The translations under genes and the position numbers were made by a program. 64,000 nt of DNA from an uncultured Armatimonadales bacterium (lineage in GTDB: Bacteria; Armatimonadota; Armatimonadia; Armatimonadales; Capsulimonadaceae), in assembly GCA_964251675.1 (NCBI GenBank), contig CAXUKS010000011.1:15177-79176 (forward strand), written 5' to 3'. Every line of letters begins with the position of its first letter. Positions within the stretch are counted from its first letter, which is position 1. The notes below the pieces were generated by a model that had not been told where the DNA came from, did not search any database, and worked only from the letters and a program-made list of their open reading frames with translations. Below are positions 1 through 7,750 of the stretch, piece by piece.

Positions 1-607
1 GATTGGCACTGCCACTGTGTCGGGCGTCCCACTCGTGCTGGGCGTCACCGACTTCCGCTTCATGGGAGGCTCGATGGGGTCTGTCGCGGGCGAAAAGATC
101 GTCCGCGCAATGGAAGCGGGCATTGCCCGCCGCCTGCCGGTTGTGCTGTTCACCGCCTCGGGCGGAGCGCGAATGCAGGAGGGCCTCTTGTCTTTAATGC
201 AGATGGCAAAGACTTCTGCCGCCGCCGCCCGCCTGGCTGAAGCCAGGCTCCCCTACCTTGTCGTAATGACCGATGCCACCATGGCGGGCGTTCTGGCCTC
301 CTATGCGTCGCTCGGCGATATTCACCTGGCCGAGCCGGGCGCGACCATCGGGTTTGCCGGAGCGCGGGTCGTCGCACAGGCCACCGTGCAGAAGCCCCCG
401 GAAGACTATCAAACCGCCGAATGGCAGCTTGCCCACGGCCAGATTGACGCCGTCGTCGCCCGCCGCGATCTCCCGCAGACGCTCGCCACACTGCTGTCCC
501 TGCTGACGGGCCGCCCCGCCGATGTCCCGCTCCATGCCTCCGCGTCCGGCCTGCACGGAACCAATGGCACGCTGACGATTTCAGGTCTGGGGGCGACGCA
601 TGGCTAG
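1..607 (+). CDS. accD: acetyl-CoA carboxylase carboxyltransferase beta subunit, C-terminal part (5' end lies outside window)
   Basis: Frame is open back to the window edge. Translation carries the AccD core FMGGSMGSVAGEKI...LFTASGGARMQEG...MAGVLASYA. Overlaps the accA start by 8 nt. Confidence 0.9.
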   Translation, partial: IGTATVSGVPLVLGVTDFRFMGGSMGSVAGEKIVRAMEAGIARRLPVVLFTASGGARMQEGLLSLMQMAKTSAAAARLAEARLPYLVVMTDATMAGVLASYASLGDIHLAEPGATIGFAGARVVAQATVQKPPEDYQTAEWQLAHGQIDAVVARRDLPQTLATLLSLLTGRPADVPLHASASGLHGTNGTLTISGLGATHG

Positions 608-1592
608 TCCGAATGTCCTGGATTTTGAGAAGTCGATTGCCGAGCTGGACGACAACCTCGCCAAGCTGCGTCAGGTTGTCGCCGACCGGGACAACCCGCA
701 GAACAAGCCCGACCTGCCCGCGCAGATTGCTGATTTAGATAACCATCGGACGGCCCTCGTGTCGCATTTCTTCGCCCGGCTGACGTCGTGGGATAAGGTG
801 CTGCTGGCCCGCCACTTGAAGCGCCCCTACTCGCTGGATTATATCGGCACGATCTTTGAAGACTGGACCGAGCTGCACGGCGACCGCCTCGGGGCCGATG
901 ACGGCGCGATTGTGGCCGGCCTCGCCAAGCTCGACGGCCTGCCGGTGGCCGTGATCGGCCATCAGAAGGGCCGGGACATCAAGCAGCGGCAGTTCCGCAA
1001 CTTCGGCTCCGCCCGCCCCGAAGGCTTCCGCAAAGCCGGGCGCGTGATGGCGATGGCTGCCAAGTTCGGCATCCCGGTGGTCACCCTGGTAGACACCGCC
1101 GCCGCCGCCGCCGACATCGCCGCCGACGAGCGCGGCATCTCGGAGGCTATCGCCCGCTCCATGTACGAGATGTCTGTCCTGCCTGTGCCCATCGTCTCGG
1201 TGATTATCGGCGAAGGCGGCAGCGGCGGCGCTCTGGGCATCGCCGTGGCTGACCGCGTTCTGATGCTGGAACACGCCGTTTACTCGGTCATCCCGCCCGA
1301 AGGCTGCGCGGCGATTTTGTGGCGCGACCCGGAGCGCAAAGCCGATGCCGCCGAGGCTCTCAATTTGACCGCCCAACGCGCCTGCGAGCTGGGCATCATC
1401 GATACCATAATTCCCGAGCCGCTGGGCGGGGCGCACCGCGACTGGGCCGAGTCCGCCGCCAACGTCAAAGAGGCTATTCTGGCCGCCCTGCGCCCCCTGC
1501 GCGACGTGCCAACGCCCGCGCTGCTGGCCCGCCGCTACGAGAAGTTCCGGCGCATTGGGGAGTACACGGAAGGTGGGGCGGGGACCGAATAA
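600..1592 (+). CDS. accA: acetyl-CoA carboxylase carboxyltransferase alpha subunit
   Basis: 330 aa. AccA-type sequence GHQKGRD..RNFG, IIGEGGSGGALG, YSVIPPEGCAAILW. Adjacent to accD. Confidence 0.93.
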   Translation: MASPNVLDFEKSIAELDDNLAKLRQVVADRDNPQNKPDLPAQIADLDNHRTALVSHFFARLTSWDKVLLARHLKRPYSLDYIGTIFEDWTELHGDRLGADDGAIVAGLAKLDGLPVAVIGHQKGRDIKQRQFRNFGSARPEGFRKAGRVMAMAAKFGIPVVTLVDTAAAAADIAADERGISEAIARSMYEMSVLPVPIVSVIIGEGGSGGALGIAVADRVLMLEHAVYSVIPPEGCAAILWRDPERKADAAEALNLTAQRACELGIIDTIIPEPLGGAHRDWAESAANVKEAILAALRPLRDVPTPALLARRYEKFRRIGEYTEGGAGTE

Positions 1593-1653
1593 TGCGCCCG
1601 CCGGACAGCCGAATAGAACGTAGGGGCGGGGTCCCTCCGCTCTTCTCTTCGCG

Positions 1654-1787
1654 CCCCCGGATTGAGATCCGGGGCTATCAAGTGCGATTGTCCGCCTGCG
1701 CGGACATAAGACTGGATATCGTTAAGCGGTTCCTATGTCCACGAAGGTGGACATTCACAACAGCCAGCCCCGGATTTCAATCCGGGG
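1654..1787. repeat. miniature inverted-repeat element, family D (CCCCGGATTGARATCCGGGG terminal hairpins)
   Basis: Left arm ccccggattgagatccggggct...tgtccgcctgcgcggaca. Right arm tgtccacgaaggtggaca...ccccggatttcaatccggggg is its inverted counterpart. A single arm recurs at 19276..19329. Confidence 0.8.
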
Positions 1788-1799
1788 GCAAGTGTCATT

Positions 1800-3116
1800 A
1801 TGCCTCTTAAATACCCACGCCCTAAAGGAACGCACGACCTCTACCCCGGCGCTGCCGCCTGGGAAGACGACAGCCACAAACGCCAGACGCTGGAAGACCG
1901 CTTCCGCGCTCTGTGCCGCCTGTACGGCTACGGCGAAATTCGCACCCCGGTCTTTGAGGCCACCGAGCTGATCACGCGCTCGGTAGGCGAAGAAACCGAC
2001 ATCGTCTCCAAAGAGATGTATACGTTTGAGACCAAAGGCGGCGACTCGCTCACTCTGCGCCCGGAAAGCACCGCGCCGGTCCTGCGGGCCTATGTCCAGA
2101 ACTCTCTCCACGCCCAGGGCGGCGTTGCCAAGCTCTTTTACTGCGCCTCGCACTTTCGCTACGAGCGTCCCCAGAAAGGCCGCTTCCGGCAGCATGAGCA
2201 GTTCGGCGTCGAAGCTCTCGGCACGGACGACCCGGCGCTGGATGCCGAAGTGATCGAGCTGGCCCTGGCCTTCTTCCGCGCTATCGGCATCCGCAATCTG
2301 ACCCTGAAGCTCAACTCGGTCGGCTCCCCGGAGTCCCGCGCCGAGTATTTGGTGGCCCTGAAAGCCTATGTCCTGCCGTTCCTGCCCGAGTTCAGCCCCG
2401 AAGGGCAGGCTAGATACGAGACCAACCCCCTGCGCCTGCTGGATACCAAAAATCCCCGCGAGAACGAGATTCTGGCCGACGCGCCCCTGCTTTCGGACTA
2501 CCTCACCGAAGACGAGCGCACGCACCACGCCACGCTGCTGGGCTATCTGACCGACGCCGGTGTGCCCTTTGTGCAGGACCCGTTTCTCGTGCGTGGCTTC
2601 GATTACTACACCAAAACGGCGTTTGAAATCCAGTCGCCCGATCTCGGCGCCCAGAACGCACTCGGCGGCGGCGGGCGCTACAATCAGCTCGTGGAGCAGA
2701 TCGGCGGCCCGCCCACGCCTGGCATCGGCTTTGGGCTGGGCGTCGAGCGGGCACTGATTGCCTTGCAGGCGTTAAACGTCGATATGCCGCCGCCACCTGC
2801 GCCGACCGCGCAGGTGATCACGCTGGGCGACGCTGCCCGTCCGGCAGGCGTCAAGCTGCTAGCGCAGCTCCGAGCGGCGGGGATCGCCGCCGAGACTGAG
2901 TACGGGGCCAAGTCCATGAAGTCGCAGATGCGGGCGGCAGGCCGCTCCGGCGCGGGCTACGCGATCATCATCGGCGAGGACGAGATCGCGTCCGGCGTGG
3001 TGCAGCTTAAAAGCCTGCGTGATGGCTGGCAGCATAAGGTCCCGCTGGCCGAGGTGGTGGAATGGATGGACGGCGACACGACCCGCCTGCCACCCTCGTC
3101 GGTTCCCCAATCGTGA
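1800..3116 (+). CDS. hisS: histidine--tRNA ligase
   Basis: 438 aa. HisRS class II motifs RPESTAPV, FRYERPQKGRFRQHEQFGVE, GGGRYNQL, plus a C-terminal anticodon-binding domain. Confidence 0.93.
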   Translation: MPLKYPRPKGTHDLYPGAAAWEDDSHKRQTLEDRFRALCRLYGYGEIRTPVFEATELITRSVGEETDIVSKEMYTFETKGGDSLTLRPESTAPVLRAYVQNSLHAQGGVAKLFYCASHFRYERPQKGRFRQHEQFGVEALGTDDPALDAEVIELALAFFRAIGIRNLTLKLNSVGSPESRAEYLVALKAYVLPFLPEFSPEGQARYETNPLRLLDTKNPRENEILADAPLLSDYLTEDERTHHATLLGYLTDAGVPFVQDPFLVRGFDYYTKTAFEIQSPDLGAQNALGGGGRYNQLVEQIGGPPTPGIGFGLGVERALIALQALNVDMPPPPAPTAQVITLGDAARPAGVKLLAQLRAAGIAAETEYGAKSMKSQMRAAGRSGAGYAIIIGEDEIASGVVQLKSLRDGWQHKVPLAEVVEWMDGDTTRLPPSSVPQS

Positions 3117-3622
3117 CGGCGGCGTCCGTGCTGACACTCGCCGCCCGCGCCCTGCACGCCATCGCCCTCGGCCTCTGGCTCGGCGGCCTGATTGCCATTG
3201 GCGCACTGGTTGCCCCGACAGCGTTCCACCTGACCCGCTCCCTGCCTGCATTCGCCGGGGACACGGCCCTGCAGAACGCCGTCGCGGGCGGCGTGGTCGG
3301 CGGCAGCCTCAAGCTGTTCGTCGTGCTGTGCGATGTCTGCGGCGTGCTGCTCCTCTTGACCGGGGCGTTGCTCCTGAAAAGCGCCCCGCGCCGCCCGGCG
3401 CTGGCCTGCCTATCTGTGTCCGCGCTGCTGTTGCTGTCCTCACTGTATCTGGGCCTGTCGCTGACACCCGCGCTAGACGCCGCGCAGGCCCGGAACGACT
3501 TTGCGACTTTTGACGGCCTGCATCATCAGTACGAGCAGATTTCATCGTTTGTGCAGATGCCTCTGCTCCTGCTGCTGGCCGTGCTGGCGGCGTGGCGGGA
3601 TACACCGAGGCCACGGGGCTGA
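3113..3622 (+). CDS. integral membrane protein (DUF4149/TMEM205-like, 4 predicted TM helices)
   Basis: ORF 3062..3622. The GTG at 3113 overlaps the hisS stop (GTGA) and is the preferred start. Translation is hydrophobic with LWLGGLIAIGALVAP. The stop TGA lies in the loop of the first hairpin of repeat A1. Confidence 0.6.
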   Translation: MTAASVLTLAARALHAIALGLWLGGLIAIGALVAPTAFHLTRSLPAFAGDTALQNAVAGGVVGGSLKLFVVLCDVCGVLLLLTGALLLKSAPRRPALACLSVSALLLLSSLYLGLSLTPALDAAQARNDFATFDGLHHQYEQISSFVQMPLLLLLAVLAAWRDTPRPRG

Positions 3623-3744
3623 ACCCCCGTGCTTTATAAGGGCAAGCCCCCGCCTGCGCGGGCGAGGAAATTTAAGAACGTCCTATGCCCGCGCAGGCGG
3701 GGAATTGCACTTCAAAGCACGGGGGTTCAGCCCCGTGTGCCCTC
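3607..3744. repeat. miniature inverted-repeat element, family A copy 1 (CACGGGGCTGAACCCCCGTG terminal hairpins)
   Basis: About 50-bp terminal inverted repeats. Each arm has hairpin 1 (cacgggg/ccccgtg) and hairpin 2 (gcccgcgcaggcgggg). Full copies also at 17978, 37803 and 47739. Confidence 0.85.
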
Positions 3745-3749
3745 AAATT

Positions 3750-4520
3750 ATGACCATCACCGAAGATACACCTGTTGACCTGCCGACACCCTCCGGGCCG
3801 ATGCGGACCTGTATCCTCCGCCCTGCCGCCGAAGGCCGCTATCCGGGGCTGGTGCTGTTCTCAGAAATCTATCAGCTCACTGCCCCGGTGCGCCGTCTGG
3901 CCGCGCTGTTTGCCGGGGCAGGCTACATCGTCGCCGTCCCCGAAGTCTATCACGAGCTGGAGCCTGCCGGGACCGTGCTGGCCTATGATGCGCCCGGCAC
4001 AGACCGGGGCAATACGGACAAAACGGGAAAGTCCGTGGCCACCTACGATGCCGATGCGCGGGCGGTGCTGGACTTTCTCAAGACTCACCCCCACGGGACG
4101 GGGAAACTGGGCACGGTCGGAATGTGCCTCGGCGGACATCTAGCCTTTCGGGCGGCGATGCACCCTGACGTGCAGGCGGGCGTTTGCTTCTATGCCACCG
4201 ACATTCACTCGCGCACGCTTGGCCTCGGCAAGTCCGACAACTCGCTGGACCGGGTGGGGGAGATCAGCGGTGAGCTGCTGATGGTGTTCGGGCGGCAGGA
4301 CCCGCACGTTCCCCGCGAAGGCCGCCGCGTCATCTACGACGCGCTGGCCGAGGCGGACGTTTCCTTTGAGTGGCACGAGTTCAACGCCGCCCATGCGTTC
4401 CTGCGCGACGAGGGCCAACGCTACGACCCGGCGCTTGCCCGCCTCTGCCTGTCGCTGGCTTTTGACCTGCTGGCCCGCCGCCTCGGGGTTGACAGCGAGG
4501 CCGCCCGTATGCTACACTGA
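3750..4520 (+). CDS. dienelactone hydrolase family protein
   Basis: The ATG at 3750 follows the repeat; the upstream part of ORF 3501..4520 only translates repeat DNA. DLH-type nucleophile motif GMCLGGHLA and an alpha/beta-hydrolase layout. Confidence 0.8.
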   Translation: MTITEDTPVDLPTPSGPMRTCILRPAAEGRYPGLVLFSEIYQLTAPVRRLAALFAGAGYIVAVPEVYHELEPAGTVLAYDAPGTDRGNTDKTGKSVATYDADARAVLDFLKTHPHGTGKLGTVGMCLGGHLAFRAAMHPDVQAGVCFYATDIHSRTLGLGKSDNSLDRVGEISGELLMVFGRQDPHVPREGRRVIYDALAEADVSFEWHEFNAAHAFLRDEGQRYDPALARLCLSLAFDLLARRLGVDSEAARMLH

Positions 4521-4580
4521 CCGGTCATTATCCCAGTTTGAAACAAAACGCAGCGCAAACAATCAGGAGCAGATAATTTT

Positions 4581-4832
4581 ATGGCAAGAGTATGTGACAT
4601 CACCGGGCGCAAAGCCCAGGCAGGCCGCTGGACCCGCCACCCGCACTCCGGCTCGTGGGCACACCGCGCCCCGCAAAAGGCCCGCCGCTTCCAGGTCAAC
4701 CTGCAGACCGTGACCGTGCAGACGCCTAAAGGCAAAAAGAAAATCAAAGTCGCCGCCCGGATGTTGACCTCCAAAAACTTCATGGCGATGGTCGCCGGAC
4801 AGAAGCAGCTCCCCGCCCACCTGCTGAAGTAA
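4581..4832 (+). CDS. rpmB: 50S ribosomal protein L28
   Basis: 83 aa. MARVCDITGRKAQAGR..H....R.F.NLQ pattern typical of bL28. SD-like caggag upstream. Confidence 0.85.
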   Translation: MARVCDITGRKAQAGRWTRHPHSGSWAHRAPQKARRFQVNLQTVTVQTPKGKKKIKVAARMLTSKNFMAMVAGQKQLPAHLLK

Positions 4833-4854
4833 GCCTCGCAAAGACACAAACTAA

Positions 4855-4886
4855 GGGCGCGGAAGATAACTCTTCCGCGCCCTTTT
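4855..4886 (+). terminator. rho-independent terminator after rpmB
   Basis: gggcgcggaag-ataact-cttccgcgccc followed by tttt. Confidence 0.7.
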
Positions 4887-4888
4887 GC

Positions 4889-5048
4889 GTGCCGGGGGTG
4901 TAAAAAGCCCCGACAGGGAAGCACCCTTCGGGTGAGGAGCAGATTTGTAGGGGCAGGGCTTGCCCCTGCCCTTCTTTGGCTTCTCTTTGTCCTAATTATC
5001 TTTGTCCGAAGGACACTTCTTTGCCGGGGGTTTTTACACCCCCGGCAC
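4889..5048. repeat. miniature inverted-repeat element, family C copy 1 (GTGCCGGGGGTnTAAAAACCCCCGGCA terminal hairpins)
   Basis: Inverted arms gtgccgggggtgtaaaaagccccgac...cacccttcgggtg and gtccgaaggacac...gccgggggtttttacacccccggcac. Internal hairpin tgtaggggcagggcttgcccctgccc. Same architecture at 20985..21119. Confidence 0.85.
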
Positions 5049-5065
5049 GCAAAAAGGGCGCGGCC

Positions 5066-6343
5066 CTATCCCTTCGTCCGCGCCCCGCCCGAAGAACGCT
5101 TGCGCCAGTCGTCGGGCAGAAGCTGTTCCAGCGTGTCGTCAATCGTGATAATGCCCTGCAAGGCATCTTTGTCGTCCACCACCGGCAGGGCCAGCAGCTT
5201 GTACCGCTCAAACTTGTGCGCGACTTCCTCCACATTGGCATCTAGGCGCACACTGCGGACTTTCGGAATCATAAACTCCGCCACAGGCCGGTCCGGGGCA
5301 GACACTATTAAATCGCGCAGGGAAATGACGCCCACCAGCTTTTCGTCGGTGTCAATCACATACACGTAGTAAATCGTCTCGGCTTCAGGTTCCAACGCAC
5401 GGAGATGATCTATCGTTTGCTGCGCTGTGAAGCCCTCCACAATAGCGACGTACTCGTTGGTCATCAGGCCGCCCGCCGTTTTGTCGTGGTACTCCAGCAG
5501 CTCTTCCACGTCTTCGCGGTCGTCGGCATCCATACGCCCCAGTAAATCCTGACGGGAAGCGCGGTCCATATCCCCAAGAACGTCGGCGGCCTCGTCGGCG
5601 GGCATCTCTTCCAGAATGTCGGCGGCAAACTCGCCGTCCAGGTGCCGCAGCGTTTCCACCTGCACCTGGTCATCCGCTTCCGCCAGCGCATCGGCGGCGG
5701 TCTCTACATCCATCGATTCCAGCACTTCTTTGCGGTGCGCCAGATCCATTTGATTAAGAATATCGCCAATGTCCGCCGGGTGCAGCTTGGCAATCTTTTC
5801 GTGCGAGACTTTCAGCTTTAGCGGCTCGCCCGCGTTGTGGGTCGGCAGGGACTCGACATCGTTCCACGCAATCAGCGTGTCCGGCGGGGAGCCAATATGA
5901 AACAGCCGCCCGATGCCGTGGACCAGCCCTTCCATCCCCAGCCGCCGCAGCAGCCCGCGCACGCCGGGGTCTACGCCGATCAGCGCCAGACCCCCATTGG
6001 GCAGCTTTTCCAGACGAATATCGTTGACTCGCACGACGCGGTAGTCATGGACATCCACAATCTGCTTGTCTAGCACGTCCCGCACGAGCGAAAAGTCCTG
6101 GGCCTGAATTTGATAGGGTCGAATTTCGGGGATAGGGCGGTTGAGGCTGAACTCGCGGGCGTCAGGGTTGAGTGTCAGCGCCTCATAGGGCACAAACAGC
6201 GCCCCGTCTTCGGTTTTGACTTGGTAAGCCGCCACCAGCGGCAGCGGCTCGGCGGGGGTGATGACCACTTCCACCAATTTTCCGAACCGCTCGCCGTCGC
6301 TGTCGTCCACGGTCTTGCCAATAAGCTGTGTGAGATATTCCAT
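5066..6343 (-). CDS. soluble PRC-barrel / MgtE-N / CBS-pair domain protein (no membrane domain)
   Basis: The start at ATG 6343 (MEYLTQLIGK) avoids repeat F1. MgtE intracellular N-domain acidic repeats (MDVETAADALAEADD, EEMPADEAADVLGDMD) are followed by two CBS motifs. No hydrophobic C-terminal transporter domain. Confidence 0.75.
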   Translation of the reverse strand: MEYLTQLIGKTVDDSDGERFGKLVEVVITPAEPLPLVAAYQVKTEDGALFVPYEALTLNPDAREFSLNRPIPEIRPYQIQAQDFSLVRDVLDKQIVDVHDYRVVRVNDIRLEKLPNGGLALIGVDPGVRGLLRRLGMEGLVHGIGRLFHIGSPPDTLIAWNDVESLPTHNAGEPLKLKVSHEKIAKLHPADIGDILNQMDLAHRKEVLESMDVETAADALAEADDQVQVETLRHLDGEFAADILEEMPADEAADVLGDMDRASRQDLLGRMDADDREDVEELLEYHDKTAGGLMTNEYVAIVEGFTAQQTIDHLRALEPEAETIYYVYVIDTDEKLVGVISLRDLIVSAPDRPVAEFMIPKVRSVRLDANVEEVAHKFERYKLLALPVVDDKDALQGIITIDDTLEQLLPDDWRKRSSGGARTKG

Positions 6344-6377
6344 GCGTGTGGCGGCATTATACCTGAAATGGCAGAAA

Positions 6378-6500
6378 ACCCCTCCCGCTCGTTCCTCGCT
6401 CCCTCCCCTGCTAGGGGAGGGCAAAGAGAAGGGCCAGAGAAGATCAGCCCTGTGCCTACTGGCGGTTTAATTCTAACCCTCCCCTAGCAGGGGAGGGGTC
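6378..6500. repeat. inverted-repeat element, family F (CCCTCCCCTGCTAGGGGAGGG hairpins)
   Basis: Hairpin ccctcccctgctaggggaggg at about 6402 and its inverted copy ccctcccctagcaggggaggg at about 6477. The left flank cccctcccgctcgttcctcgct recurs inverted inside the CDS at 22734..22800. Confidence 0.75.
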
Positions 6501-6971
6501 ATACCGCACCGCCACCGCAAGATCGGCGGGCGGCAGGCATTGACGGTCGCTGCAAAACTGATAATGCAGCGTCACCGGCGCGGCCTTGCCCGCCGTCAGG
6601 GCCTGTGTCAGCGTGAAGCGCCGCGTAAATGTTGCTGTCTTCTCGTGATAGGCCACAAGCGTGCCGAACGTCTTATCCATTTTCCTGACCGGCCTGTCCT
6701 CGGTCGTCGCCCCCGTCGGCGTGCCGCCCGGCCACGAAGCAATCCCCGTGGGCACCGGGCCGACGCCGGAAGGAACCGCCGAGTAGAGATGCCAGCGGGG
6801 GTCTATCCTCGCCCGCACCGTGACTGTCACAATTTTGCCCGCCGATGCCGTGCGCGGGCTAATCGTTGCCGTAAACTTGGCCGGAAGCGGCGGAATAGCA
6901 GTGGCCGCTGTCGTCAGCAGAAGCAGGCCGGAGGCGGCGAGAATATGAGCCGTGCGGTGTTGAGTGAGCAT
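6456..6971 (-). CDS. secreted DsbD-N/DsbC-like (thiol:disulfide interchange alpha-domain) protein
   Basis: Signal peptide, WHLYS motif and C-terminal YQFCSDRQCLPP typical of the DsbD N-terminal domain family. The last ~14 codons are encoded by repeat F1. Confidence 0.65.
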   Translation of the reverse strand: MLTQHRTAHILAASGLLLLTTAATAIPPLPAKFTATISPRTASAGKIVTVTVRARIDPRWHLYSAVPSGVGPVPTGIASWPGGTPTGATTEDRPVRKMDKTFGTLVAYHEKTATFTRRFTLTQALTAGKAAPVTLHYQFCSDRQCLPPADLAVAVRYDPSPARGGLELNRQ

Positions 6972-7043
6972 ATTTTTCTTAACCCGCGACTGCTTGTAAT
7001 TAGTTCCATAAAAGATGCGTAGCCTGCTCCTGTCTTATTCTTC

Positions 7044-7104
7044 ACCCGCGCAGGCGGGTTCCAGGCGTCCGCGCCCCCCAGCGAGGGGGTTCAGCCCCTC
7101 GAAA
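7044..7104. repeat. degenerate hairpin-repeat arm (A/B hybrid)
   Basis: acccgcgcaggcgggt followed by cgagggggttcagcccctcg. Same two-hairpin layout as family A, with CGAGGGG in place of CACGGGG. Confidence 0.55.
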
Positions 7105-7225
7105 GATGGCCGCGAAAGTATGATGAAGCATTTATGCAGCTAAGCCACACCATGTTGCCGCGTTTGAAACAATCCGCCTGCGGCGGCGTACTACCCTTCA
7201 GAAGACACGGCGCAGGAGGTGTGAC

Positions 7226-7750
7226 ATGACCATAGGAGATGTTCTGGCGGCGGTGGCCGCTCTGCTGACACTAGGAGCCTCCTGGGGAGCGGCAATTTTG
7301 CTGGCCGCGCTGGCATTTCCAGCGCGGGCGGCGCGGGCGCAAACGCGGCTGACCGAGCACCCCTGGGCCTGCCTGGGCCGGGGCGTGGTGGTGCTGACAG
7401 TCTGCGGCCTGCCCGCGCTGCTGCTGGCGCAGGCGCCGGGGCCGGTCCGCCTGCTGCTTTTGTTTCCGCTGGGCCTGCTGGCAGCGGGGGCGGTGGTCGG
7501 CAGCGCGGCGGCGGTTCGCCTGCTGGCGGGGCGCATTGAGACCGTCGGCTCACCGCTGGCTCCGTTTGCCGCCCTGACCCGTGCCACGTTTCTGTTCGTG
7601 TCTGCGGGCTTTCTGCCGGTATTTGGCTGGTTTCTGGTCCTGCCCGCCGCGCTGCTGCTGGCCCTGGGGGCGGGCCTGCCCGCGCTGCTGCCGGCCCGCA
7701 CCCACGCGCCTGCGTTCGCGGAAACCCTGCTGGCGGAGGCTGCGCCATGA
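7226..7750 (+). CDS. polytopic membrane protein P1 (paralog of 11594..12148)
   Basis: AGGAGG 8 nt upstream. 174 aa, about 4 TM. Stop overlaps the next start (ATGA). Shares ...GR(I/L)....F.AL.R....L and P.FGW.LVL segments with the product of 11594..12148. Confidence 0.65.
   Translation: MTIGDVLAAVAALLTLGASWGAAILLAALAFPARAARAQTRLTEHPWACLGRGVVVLTVCGLPALLLAQAPGPVRLLLLFPLGLLAAGAVVGSAAAVRLLAGRIETVGSPLAPFAALTRATFLFVSAGFLPVFGWFLVLPAALLLALGAGLPALLPARTHAPAFAETLLAEAAP

Noticed and set aside
3501-3749. N-terminal extensions of ORFs through repeat DNA (3501..3749). Other examples are 37899..37955, 19242..19367, 6344..6424, 4932..5369 and 20884..21216.
   Set aside because: The sequences are the palindromic repeat families read in an arbitrary frame. 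Downstream ATGs match the family-typical N-termini.
5066-6343. Calling this gene the Mg2+ transporter MgtE.
   Set aside because: Only the cytoplasmic N and CBS domains are present. No transmembrane domain is encoded before the stop.
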